DNA of 64,000 bases. It comes from Botryllus schlosseri (lineage: Eukaryota). Both the position numbers and the translations under genes were made by a program. Within the stretch, counting starts at the first letter, position 1. Every line of letters starts with the position of its first letter. The notes below the pieces were generated by a model that did not search any database, was not told the DNA's origin, and worked only from the letters and a program-made list of their open reading frames with translations. Where the stretch lies: assembly GCA_051294905.1 (NCBI GenBank), contig CM119371.1, forward strand, positions 7,752,001 to 7,816,000, written 5' to 3'. Positions 13,001 through 23,491 of this stretch are shown one piece after another.

Positions 13001-16000
13001 ACGCATCCACTTCCGTGATTGGGATTTTAGTTCCACTATTGTGGTGAATAATATATTCATGCTGGGCCAGCTTCAAACAATTCATTGGTGAATGGGGTAC
13101 TACAGAGAAGTGGAGAAAGATTTTATTATATGTATGCTGTACAATGCACGTTACATGTCTTGTACCAAACCAACTGAAGTTGCGATGTCAGAATATTCAA
13201 TCCAATGATACAATCAATTCATGTGACTCTTACATTGTGTACAATGATTTTCAGGGCGGACATTTTAAACCGACTCCAAAGATTGATGCGTTCCGCTAAA
13301 TCCTCAATCCATTACGATTCGTTGCGGTGGTGCAGTATACCTACACCAGAAGTTGCTAATAATTTGCCATTATAGCTATTTTTATCATACAATAATACGA
13401 CTCGCCTAAGAACAGTAAATCTATACATCGATTACACTTCATTCCGAGTTTATTGCACACCCTTTCAACGGCATACGACTTATGACTAGGGCTGGGCACA
13501 ATGATTCGAGTACTCGAATCTGAATCTAGTATTCATTTTATTGATTCGTGTCGAGTAGTAAAAGACGATGGTTTCGAGTACTGAAATCATACGCTCCTCG
13601 CCACTGAAAGTTAATCTATCAACGAGAATTATAGTTTCGATACTCATTTTCACTGTTGAAGACGTGAAACCTTGATTGGCCGTATCGTAACATACGAAAC
13701 ATATAGTACAAAGCTACAAACGCTACTGGAAATAGCACAGTTCCGAAATCATGATTATCCCAGAACATTGTCACCAAGTGCAATGAGATCGGTTTGGTTG
13801 AAAAAATACCAAAGTATCTTCAACGTGATGGATAAGAGGCATTATATTCTTTGTGGTCGCATAAAAGATACATGTTTGAACTTTAACATATTACAGTCTG
13901 TTATGACGTCATAATGAGTGATACTCGATTACTCGACTCGATTCGAAGCATAATACGTGATTCAGAATCGAATCACTCAGGTACTCGATTCTGCCCAGCC
14001 CTACTTATGACCCCGCCGTAATACTTGGTTACTTCAGCATTACCTTCCAGTTATTATATACTCGAAATTATTTTAGTTGCTGTTAGCCGTAGGTTGTCAT
14101 AGCCAGTGGAAAAAGCCGCCGTTTCTCCCTCCCGTTTTCGGCTAGTACATGCTGACTCCAAACGTGCTACTACATCTCATCAGAGTCGGATGCAAAGCTT
14201 CACGTAGCCTACGTATAATTAGATAATATGAATATATTTCTAGTGATTAACATAATAAATATAACTAAACTTACATTAATTCTATAATTTTCGAAATGAC
14301 TTTGTGACCCACCTCAAATGCTCCTGCGGCATACCCATCGAGAATCCCTGGTCTACACATTATAAACATGTTTGGGTGTTGCAATACGTCCGATTGACTA
14401 AGATTTCAAGACCTCCATATTGTAAAAAGTAACGACACGGCACTACAATTTCAGTACTCCATAATATCGCCTGTCATTACTACGCCTCGAATCAATAAAA
14501 TCAATGCCCTCTACGGATTTCGATTCAGAGTATTCCAAGCATGATGGGCAGCCCTAGTTACACTTCGAACTCATTTCCCTGCGAAATGTATTCCGAGTGG
14601 ATTTCCATAAGCTAGAATGCCTGATTGTGATATTGGTGTCGCGAAAGTAGACTGCAGGACTCCACTTGGCTGGCTCTAATCACGCGGTATCAGTCGTCAA
14701 ATCCGCACCAACTGTACAGACGCATGCGTAGCATAGTGTGCTTACATATCCTCATGCGCGGCGTCAGTTAATTGATCAATGAGTTTCGACAGGTCCCAAT
14801 TTCTTCCTTGACTACACATAGTAAAGAAATTCTCGCCGCTGTGGATTAGCACTTTATATGATCAACCTAATCTTGGATTGTCAGGGAAAAACTCCTGCGA
14901 GCTGAATGACGCAGAAGGCGTTGAGCTAGCCGTTGAATTTGATATGAAAGGCGACGCAGGGCCGCAAGACGTAACCTACGAAGTCTCGGCTGCACCGAAG
15001 GAAGAAGCTGGTAATGTGAAGTTAGTTGCTGGACAGAAATATGTTCAAATAGGCTACTAAACCTATTCAATTATTAAACCTGTTCCAACTACTAAATCCG
15101 CGCTCTTCCAATTTTCTCGGTGTGGTGAATCCTAAAGTCGTTTCTACGAACTCGTGCACTATGTATGTGTACGTAATGACATTCAGTAAAGTTAGTAGAG
15201 GATAACTAATACGTCAGCATCGTAACGCAGAACTGCTCACGACCGATTTAGAAAGCTGATCAGTAAAAAGGTCAGCATCTCCGAACGTCACTCGCTGAAT
15301 GTAAATCGACGCCTTTTCGTAAAAAGTTTGTTATGAACCCTCGCTGTGAACTGTGCATTCAGTGTGCACCCTATGCAGAGTAGGGTGAACCTTGCACAGC
15401 GGCTGATGAGTATTATATTCAGGGTTGCCATCGACGTGTCCCCAAAAATAAGGACAGTCGAGAAATTGGATTAGCATGAAAAAACGTTTTTGTACATACT
15501 TTGTATTTATAGGAGCCGTGGCATATCACATTCCATACTTTTCGCCAGAAACAATCTGCTACAGCAAGTCCTTGTTATTATATAGTGCTTCATGGATCTC
15601 ACGACAGCTCAGGTCTAGGTTCACCTTTACTTAGGGCATAAGCAGCACTTCGTCAGCCCCCCCCCCCAAAAAAAAAATGTTGGTCTTGGGCCTGCCCATA
15701 GGGTGATAAACCAAACTTCTTCAAATCGTTGTGATTAGAAGCGTCAACTAAGATGGAAAAGGCCATCAACCAAGTTTAGACAACATCATTTTTGAGCGCG
15801 TGGAGCAAGAACTCCAGTAACAATGCTTGAAGTCTTGGTCCTGGCCGAAGAAAACGTATTTGCGATGTTGGAATCGGGGAATATTGCTTTGAACAATTGT
15901 GATGTGCAATCGTTGGTGAGGAATGATTGCTGGTGTTTGACAGTATGGAATGCCCAGGTACCCTCAGCAGCAGCTGCCTTGTAGTCTGTGGTCGTTGATG

Positions 16001-19000
16001 CCGATCGACTTGTGAAAAGATTATCAATGTGAGTTGAAATAGCGGGCTTTGCCCATAGCCTCCAGGTTAATGTCACAATTGCAGATATCGCAATGTGCGT
16101 AACACTCGTCTTTACGCATGTTCATTTTAACTAATCAGAGTTAGCCTTATTAGTAGCTAAAACTATATGCGCGAGTGCAATATAATTTGGATAAATTTAT
16201 CAATGAATTAGCTTTATTACTTTTAACCAATGTGTAGACCGCGCCTTTTTCACTACGCAATAAATGTTGCCTTTCCCACAGCTTGAGCTTATTCTGCTGT
16301 AGATCAAACAGCATGAACCTGGTGGTACAGCTGTTTACTGCTAAAATGACGTCCGCTGCGGTAGCTTGGTACAGACGAAACTGCCCTAACTATATCACCA
16401 CATCGAAGACAAATCTTGTGGTGCATACGTCACGAGAGTTCCTTTCATTTATGATGTCATAAAATCTCAACGCAAAAGCATAATTTGAGAATATTTTGCA
16501 ACACAGATACCAGAGGAAAACGATCGAAGTTCGGTAGTGGTTGAAAATAAGACAAAATAAGGACGCAAGTCGAAAATAACGACATTTCTTAGAAATAAGG
16601 ACAGTTGAGTTTTCTAAGACGTAGCCCTTCAAAATAAGGACAAATCTTGGAAATAAGGACGGTATGGCAACCCTGATTATATTGGTGGCATTGCGATGTG
16701 TCTCCATCAATATAGATGCGTTTACACTGCCAATCGTATCTACAAACCTGTACTGACATTGCAGTTACCGAGTGCTTTAACCGCTACCATGGACCTTCCT
16801 TTGTAGATACTATTCCGAGTGAACCAAGAAAGGCTCGAATGAATTCAGAGGGCGTGCTTGAACCCGTGGATACTGGGACAGATTGCGACGAAGAATCTTC
16901 GAAATCGCAAAGTATTGACAGAGTCGAGCCGGCAGCGAACGGTATGACTGTGATTAACTGGCTTGTTCTAATCAACGTGTGCTTATGAGCTTCATGATCG
17001 TGATATTGCCCATCATTATAGCAAAATGAATAGGGCGACGTGTGGACCCTACGTTAAGAAACACGACGAAGACCAAATTATCTCCCATATACGCCCAAGT
17101 ATATCGGCCAAGTCAGGCTAAAAACCAATTGCCAAAATATTTCCGCCATATGTCGTGAATTTCCATTTGACGCGTAGTACAAAGATTTCAGTTCGTCAAT
17201 TTTATACGATGAAAACCATGGCTTACGTCAGCAAACTGGGGTGGGAAGTATTGTCATTGATGGATGGTATCCAGGAAAACGTTCTATCACAAATCCCAAA
17301 AGCAGGAATAGCATTTTTGGTGGGGGCCATTAGTTGTGGACCGCTGGTTTACGCGAAAGCGGGTCGGATTGAGTAATCAATGTCAGCACTTTGCTCACGT
17401 CTTCAAAACCAAAACCATACTGGTATACGCGGCATTTGTAGTTGTAGCGGATGGAGGGGGGGTGTGTCATGTGTTCTTGGATTTTATATTAAATTCGGGT
17501 GAACACATCTATGTGCCGTGTTGCCTTGATAGACACGATATAATAGAGTGTCTACACATTATCGCGTGTAACATCATCCATGTTTATTAGTTGGCTCCGG
17601 CGTAATCGCAGTGATGTTACAAACATTAAGTCACATTTATCAAATTTAAATTCTGTTACAGACGAATCGCCTCCTGAAAACGAGGACGTCAGGGAATCTG
17701 AATTCCAGGAACTTCCAGGCGACTGCAAGACAGATTTCAAGGAACCCAACGACAGCAGACCGGACACGCCGAAGGAAACTTATAGCGAAGTTGCTGCGGC
17801 GAGAGACCAAAGTAAGTTGTTACTCAATGTCAATCACGCTTCAGTAGCTAACGTAGGCTATATATGGAAGTTCCTCCAGGCTATTACCATGTAATAGTAA
17901 ACACTGCCGCTCCAGAAGGCCAGCTAGTAATGGGACGAAGGCCATCACAGTGGTTATCGAACGTTCTTCAGTGCTACTGAATTTTGTATTCACTACGCTC
18001 AAGCGGCCCGAGCGTCACAGATTGAAAAAATAGCATCCTGCGTTCTTTGGGATAGAAAAAGTCCTGACAACCAGTAGTAGCGCGATCCGTTGATTTATTA
18101 CAAAAACATCATTTAATCAGTGTCAATCTTGTCATCCAAACACCGAGTTCGCTATCTTCAACCCGTATCAATGCGCAATGCGTACATTAAAAGTGATTTT
18201 GAAGCCTTTTTTAGTCGCGTAAGAAATTTTCCAAGGTCTCGGATTCCTAAAATCTCGAACAGAAATGATTCTGCAAAAACCCCCATCAAACAAACCGTAC
18301 CGACGCCCTTAACATCAGAAAGATAGTCGTTACTTACACAACGCCTCTCACGTTTCCTACGTATGACCCCACGCTAGTGCTCCAATAGAAAAACCGAAGG
18401 CCAGGAAAACTTCACTTGGCATTGACCAAATTTCATAATACCAGGGTAGGCACAATTTCCATGGTTGACAAATATTCTAGTGAAAACATGTCTACGCCAG
18501 CCATTCCTTACGTAATACCTGACACAATGGCCTTGGAAACGTAAATACCAGGCGTAATAGTGACCCCGCATGAACAAATTTCTTATACTGCAAGAAATTC
18601 AGCTGATTTTAGCGCTGCAGATTTTATGCAAAGTTGGAGATCCCTGAGACGCGCGATTTCCTATTCTGCTCTTTATTATTATTATTATTATAAGTAAAAA
18701 TCGTGATAGTAGCGCTTATCACGGCACAGGTTTTGTGCGCCACTTCTATACTTGTTTTTACAATGCATTTGCATTATCCAAATATATATAGCATCGCTCA
18801 GTTCTATGGGTATACCAATATAATATATAAGGAGCTAGCCGACAATATACAAACACGACATTTGTTTATACAAATAATGAATATACAACATGTATTAGCT
18901 ATACTGTATAAGTCGTCCCGAAGATATCACGAACTGTACAACATTATCCAATATCCAACGTCTTTCAACTCCCAATTTATTCGGCTCACTCGCGCAGCAT

Positions 19001-22000
19001 GATGTAGTTGTATCCTTTGATGTTGACATCTCACACAATGTAACAAAAACTGCTCTACAGATTCTTCTGCATTACATTGCTGACATAGTGGAGTCTCAGA
19101 ACAACGGATCTTATGCAGATGTCGATTCAGTCTGCAATGGCCACTTCTTAATCTCAGTAGAATTACGTCCCTTCGCCATGTTCCAATTCTGTTCTTTAAT
19201 GAGTGCTGTTTTGACACAAATTTATACCCTCTGCAACCCATGTTTCGGTGGTGGCGACCTATACATTAAAAACTACTGCTTTATCTTTCCGGCGAAATGT
19301 ACAATGACAAAACGTAAGCGTGCATTTCTAGGTCAACGTAACGCTCATCCTTGTTACAGAGATTTCCGTAAATCGCCAATTCGCTGCATTCGCGAACTTT
19401 AGTATTATCTTTCCGGAACGTATCCACCCACATTTATTGGCTCGAAGAAATAGTACTTTGCTCCGCGATTTGACGAATATTCGACTTCATAATCCTAAGT
19501 TTTCGCGTGAACAGAGGTGGCCAAGCTCGCATTTGTGACAAGCATTTTGCCGAACCGGAAGAAGCACCGTTGTGAAACCAGTCAAAATATTTTTTAACTT
19601 TGGATTGTGACAGAGGTTTGCAAGATGTCTGATGCAAACAACGAGAAAACCGAGGCCAAACTAAAGAAGACGGTTGAAGACGAATCGGGAGGCACGCAGG
19701 ATGACCATGTTGATGATCCGACTAATTCTTGTGGTAAGTGGTGCGGCATCACCATCTGACATTGTACGGACGTACAGTCGTACACCCATTGGAATCCGTC
19801 GATATATACGCACCTGTTCAATGGTTTGAATTGCATATTCAAGTTAGGTATTTTGCAAATGCAAATTAGTGACCCTATGGATCCTAATAAAAGGCCTGGA
19901 GATTACTAAATAATTGAACTTTCCGAGGTATGATATGGATTCACGTGCCGAAGCTAATCTGTCTCTCAAATTTACATCAGTATTAGTCGAATTCGGATTT
20001 AGAGAAAGTCCGATTGTTCAAGTGCAAAGTTGTGGCATAGTAAGCTATATCATTTTCATTTTTAATCTGAACCATGCGTAGGGCCTATGCTACTTATGCG
20101 TGGTACATAAATAGACAGGCTTACAAACAGGCTTCACAGTAAACGGCTTTACCGTTTACTCCTTACAGCCTATGGTGCTGAGGTATTATGAATGAACGAT
20201 GGTATCCATTAAATCTAGTGATTGCAATTCTAACTGGAATAAAATATCATAACGAATTAATGCGGTCAATAATATCGGTTCTTGTTAATATTGCATGTAT
20301 TCCGACGCACATTTGTACCAGAGTGTTCGGCGCCTGTCGATCAGTTAGGGCCAACATGTCGTCGCTGACTATCCTCGGGTGCTCTCCTATTTGCCGACAA
20401 TGCATATGTCTGAGTGTCTATGGGCGTGCATTAGAAAACAGACGGTACTTTAAAACATGTAGGAAACAACGTTTAAACAATGCCTTTTGAAAAAACGATT
20501 ATTTCAAAACGTTGTGTTATGATGCCACAGTTGTTTGAATGCTTCCGAAAAACATGCATGCTCTAAGCCCAAGGACGATTTTCACCCAGTGTAGTCGACG
20601 TATACGGTGACAGTTGTTTGAATACTTTCGAAAAACATGCATGCTCCAAGCCCAAGGACGATTTTCACCCAGTGCAGTCGACGTATACAATATGGGGGTA
20701 GATATAGATCATTGGTACGGAAGGAGTGTGCGGATGATGACCAGATTGACTACCGAGCGCCCACGGGCCGTAAAAATGCTGCATATCGATGGTCTATTTA
20801 TGGCAGTGGTCGGAGGCTCTTCGTCGAAGCCATATTTACCTTATATTTTCAATTTTCAGTCGCGAACCACTGTGACGTCACAATTGAAAATTCGTTACCC
20901 ATGGCTAAAAAATCACAAACAAAATCAATAACAAACATGTTGAACTTGTCTGTTTAGACTTTAATTTTGTTGTAAATTAAATCCTATGTAGGTGCGTATA
21001 CACGGGCTAGGAGATAGCTGGGGCCTAAAAGCCAGCGCCGCGGGCTGCACACCACTATTGCCTTGGACATCCCAACGGCTATAATTGATACCGGGAATGT
21101 TCCGTTCTCCCATAATTGTTGATAAACTCAATACTGTATATTATAGGTGTATCTTTTAATTCGGGATGGCTACTAAAGCCCAAGAAATCTAGAGGTACAT
21201 AATCGTGAGAAGCGCGAAAACAGTTCCAAGTTGAATCAAACCGCATGGAAATAAATCTACTTGAGGATATGTGATTATTTCGGTTGTCAACATCCCAAAT
21301 TTCGCGGTCAGGCTATTCAACCGTTTCGTTGAGAATTTAGTGTGAACACATCTACGCAAAGTTTCGCACTGCCAGACACGTGCGACTTTGCTGTGACAAG
21401 AAACGGTGCGTCTACAAATCTTGCCATGTAACGTCTTCCGTGTTGACTATGGTAGCTCTGCAAACTGCGGTATCGCCGCTGTGATGCTGTAAACAATGAT
21501 TGACCTTTCATGAAATTTATTTTGTGTCACAGATGGATTGCATCATGTATATGAGGAGATCAGCGATTCTGGATCCCAGAAAATTCCGCATGACTGCAAG
21601 AAGCGATTGAAGAAATCCATCGAGCGCAAACCAGGAAAGCCACAGAAAATGAAAGGTTGCTATGGCTGAAGTCACGCCACTTCTCGATATTCATTTCTGT
21701 GGTCCACGCTAGAGCTCTCTAATGAAACAGCTGTCAACCAGACCTTACTAGATATAATACCCAATTTCTTAAGCTTCAAGTTCAAAAGCCACTGTCCACG
21801 AATACCTTGTGATTCGGCTCACTGATCGTATCCATTGTTCTTGTCGTATCCGCGAGACGAATTGTCGAGTTGCAATCCAAATTTTTTATGCAAAATATAA
21901 ACTGTTCAGCTGACATTTATGAAAACATTTACTCGTCTCTAAGAGAACCCCATTTGTGAAGCACGTTTAACTCTGTGATATTCAGTACTGTACTCAGTAC

Positions 22001-23491
22001 TGTACTCTTGCTGCACAGAGTTTTTCAAGATGTCTGAGATGTTCAAGTTGTCTTTAGACGCAAACCCGAAGAAAACCAAGGCGATCGAAGACAAACCAGG
22101 AAAGGACGACCATGGTCAGTGTTGATTTCATTTCCGTATCGTAACTCTTTATCTTGCATTGCCCACCAGCATTGTATATTGCATCGATTGAAATGCGTCA
22201 ATATGCACGCACAGAATAGATAGAATTGATATCCACATGCCCGGTATGTTCTAGAATCGACATCAAAGCTCACTTTAATAGTTATCATCTAATTCAGTGG
22301 TCAGTCAATCAGTGGTACATAACCTTTTTTGTCTTTGCCAGTCAAGACCTTACAGACCCCGAATAATTCTAGTTAAAATGTATCTTAATTATCCTACAAC
22401 CGTCATCAGTCATCAGTCTTCGTGCAAATGTTGACTTCAAGTTCATAACAGTAAGCGGAATCCGACGTTTGTCGTGCAAGGCAAAGGAGTCTGCATGTCT
22501 GAAGCAAGTATTATAATACATGGTCTTGTCTTGGAATACCGCGCCTTCGAAGGGATATGAACGAGAACCGAAAATGCCATTCAAAAATATAGGGGGAGGC
22601 GAAGGGAAGCGTAACAGTTCCCACAACGATTTTATGCATGATCGCAACACGAGACATGCATGACATTAAGAAACAGATTTTTCAATGAACATGTCCCGTC
22701 CAGCCTATCGATTTCTGGTCAACAGCCCATATCGAATCGTGAAATCGCGGTTACGTCTATAACAGCAAAATACGAATTCCTATGGCGCAGGTTTCAACAC
22801 CTGAGACCTACTAGGTAAATACTTCTGTGTAGAATCATTTTCAAGTGACGGAATGTTCACAAATATGAGACCGACAGCTTTAGATGCAGAAAAATTGTGC
22901 AAACATTACGGGGTTACAAGGTTATACCCTTTCTAAAGTAGAAAGTAGTTTGAGGATCGGATATGTTTGCGTTGCTTCCACGAGTAAAATTATTGCCGTA
23001 AAGGCGAGGGTTCATGTTTTCCGCAGTAGAAAATACTGTAGACCCTATAATTTTAATTGGTAGATCACCTTCCAGTGACTAGGGCCCCTGATCGGGCACC
23101 ACTGGAATAAATGGTAGAAGCGGCATCGATGGTGAAATTATACGTATCGCTCTCGATATTATGAATCTAAAGTGGCGTGCTTGAGTCCCGCCCGATAGGA
23201 CGTGGGATTCGCGAGTTCGACTGATTAGGCAACTGTTGTGTAGTCTTGCCGGTTTTAACAATCCCTTTGACGTCTGGACTGTCAATTTTAGATACTCGGA
23301 AGCCGAATCCGACCAATGCGAAGGCCGAGAAGAAGCCTAAAACCTGTATCGAGATAGTGTGGGCGAATATGAACGAAGAGGAAATAATATTGGCTTTTCT
23401 CACAATCTTCTTATTCGTGTTGTTGACGGGTTTTCTTATCTATGCCACGGTAATTGAAATCATGCGGGTGGAAACCGAAGAAAGTGGCTGA
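3997..23491 (+). CDS. Gene 1: unrecognised ~523-aa acidic, probably disordered protein with a single C-terminal transmembrane helix (tail-anchored topology); 12 coding exons
   Basis: Coding exons 3997-4099, 6947-7072, 7611-7745, 9845-9967, 10498-10632, 14885-15010, 16807-16941, 17662-17811, 19614-19733, 21533-21655, 22019-22114, 23292-23491. All have AG/GT boundaries and every intron is phase 1. All internal exon lengths are multiples of 3 (126,135,123,135,126,135,150,120,123,96), there are no stops, and the total is 1572 nt. Starts MTISPKKQSDSELSPG; ends EEEIILAFLTIFLFVLLTGFLIYATVIEIMRVETEESG*. No family recognised. Exon chaining is inferred without transcript data. Confidence 0.75.
4341..5427. 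mobile_element. hAT (Buster/Charlie-like) MITE
   Basis: TIR CAGAGGTCTCAAAC/GTTTGAGACTTCTG; GCGGGCC subterminal motifs; perfect TSD atctgagt. Confidence 0.9.
5744..6472. mobile_element. hAT (Buster/Charlie-like) MITE
   Basis: TIR CAGGGCTGGCCAACC/GGTTAGCCGGCCCTG; TSD caataggg/caataggt; absent from tandem units 2 and 3. Confidence 0.9.
6947..7072 (+). CDS. Gene 1 exon A1 (GKNSCELNDPEAVELAVEFEMKGDSGPQDVTYEVSAAPKEEA)
   Basis: ttgtcag| ... |gtaatg; 126 nt, phase 1-1; conserved in three tandem units. Confidence 0.8.
7611..7745 (+). CDS. Gene 1 exon B1 (DTIPNEPRMDQMVSEGELEPVDTGTDCDEEYLKSQSIDRAEPAEY)
   Basis: ccttcctttctag| ... |gtatga; 135 nt, phase 1-1. Confidence 0.8.
7778..8685. mobile_element. 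Mutator-like (MULE) non-autonomous element
   Basis: G-starting TIRs built of AACTCGGCACTTGGTGA repeats; second internal inverted pair (~7960-8030 / ~8464-8530); 9-bp TSD gttctaatc, present once at the empty sites in units 2 and 3. Confidence 0.85.
9845..9967 (+). CDS. Gene 1 exon A2
   Basis: ttgtcag| ... |gtaatg; 123 nt. Differs from A1/A3 by an in-frame 3-nt deletion, which supports coding status. Confidence 0.8.
10498..10632 (+). CDS. Gene 1 exon B2
   Basis: ccttcctttccag| ... |gtatga; 135 nt, phase 1-1. Confidence 0.8.
11587..12924. mobile_element. Nested hAT MITE (itself containing a CAGTGGTTCTC...GAGAACCACTG element at 12367-12655)
   Basis: TIR CAGGCCTGGGCAA/TTGCCCACCCCTG; perfect TSD tcataggc. 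Confidence 0.88.
13487..14003. mobile_element. Nested hAT MITE with ACTCGA/TTCGA subterminal repeats
   Basis: TIR TAGGGCTGGGCA/TGCCCAGCCCTA; perfect TSD cttatgac; related ends at ~26375-26455 and ~62730-62805. Confidence 0.9.
14885..15010 (+). CDS. Gene 1 exon A3
   Basis: ttgtcag| ... |gtaatg; 126 nt, phase 1-1. Confidence 0.8.
15420..16675 (-). mobile_element. Internally deleted hAT transposon with transposase relic
   Basis: TIR CAGGGTTGCCA/TGGCAACCCTG; AAATAAGGAC subterminal repeats; perfect TSD attatatt. Minus strand 16110-15720 reads YAHCDICNCDINL (BED-like finger), AAEGTWAFHTVKHQQSF...IFPDSNIANTFSSARTKT...VLAP, then FSILVDASNH (first catalytic Asp), broken by frameshifts. Confidence 0.9.
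16807..16941 (+). CDS. Gene 1 exon B3
   Basis: ccttcctttgtag| ... |gtatga; 135 nt, phase 1-1. Confidence 0.8.
17662..17811 (+). CDS. Gene 1 exon C (DESPPENEDVRESEFQELPGDCKTDFKEPNDSRPDTPKETYSEVAAARDQ)
   Basis: ttctgttacag| ... |gtaagt; 150 nt, phase 1-1. Confidence 0.8.
18673..19240 (-). mobile_element. 5'-truncated non-LTR retrotransposon (I-group LINE) 3' end
   Basis: ORF 18927..19241 has RLRSGHCRLNRHLHKI..SETPLCQQCNAEESVEQFLLHC, the C-terminal CCHC knuckle region of I-group ORF2, followed by a 3' UTR and (TAA)n tail at 18673-18691. Confidence 0.85.
19614..19733 (+). CDS. Gene 1 exon D (KVCKMSDANNEKTEAKLKKTVEDESGGTQDDHVDDPTNSC)
   Basis: ttgtgacag| ... |gtaagt; 120 nt, phase 1-1; homologous to 61859-61975. 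Confidence 0.8.
20528..20688. repeat. Local direct tandem duplication, 83-bp period, 2 copies
   Basis: cagttgtttgaat...gtcgacgtatac at 20528-20605 and 20611-20688 with few mismatches. Confidence 0.9.
21533..21655 (+). CDS. Gene 1 exon E (DGLHHVYEEISDSGSQKIPHDCKKRLKKSIERKPGKPQKMK)
   Basis: ttattttgtgtcacag| ... AAAG|gttgct (weaker donor); 123 nt, phase 1-1. Confidence 0.7.
22019..22114 (+). CDS. Gene 1 exon F (EFFKMSEMFKLSLDANPKKTKAIEDKPGKDDH)
   Basis: tcttgctgcacag| ... |gtcagt; 96 nt, phase 1-1; resembles exon D. Confidence 0.75.
23292..23491 (+). CDS. Gene 1 terminal exon with transmembrane helix and stop
   Basis: caattttag| acceptor, phase 1; ~25-residue hydrophobic run IILAFLTIFLFVLLTGFLIYATVI; TGA at 23489-23491. 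Confidence 0.75.

Larger units (their letters stand above)
11252..14350. mobile_element. Composite hAT MITE with nested insertions
   Basis: TIR CAGGGGTTCTC/GAGAATCCCTG; perfect TSD gtctacac (single copy in units 1 and 3). Confidence 0.9.
5722..17562 (+). repeat. Direct tandem triplication of a ~2-kb intron/exon A/intron/exon B/intron unit
   Basis: Units ~5722-9268, ~9269-14367 and ~14368-17562 align throughout once TE insertions are removed (e.g. aagtaacgacacggcact at ~6487, ~9330, ~14427; ctacacattat at unit ends). Confidence 0.95.

Noticed and set aside
7520..16988. Three ~89-aa ORFs starting MRLHCQSYL as a family of small single-exon genes
   Set aside because: Each is exon B plus flanking intron read-through; strong AG/GT sites delimit a 135-nt exon within them.
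20614..20957. Two overlapping ~105-aa ORFs as an additional gene 1 exon
   Set aside because: No convincing polypyrimidine acceptor or consensus donor; partly made of the 83-bp duplication.
22019..22040. FFAT-like motif EFFKMSE
   Set aside because: Lacks the D-A core and the upstream acidic tract; the preceding residues are basic.
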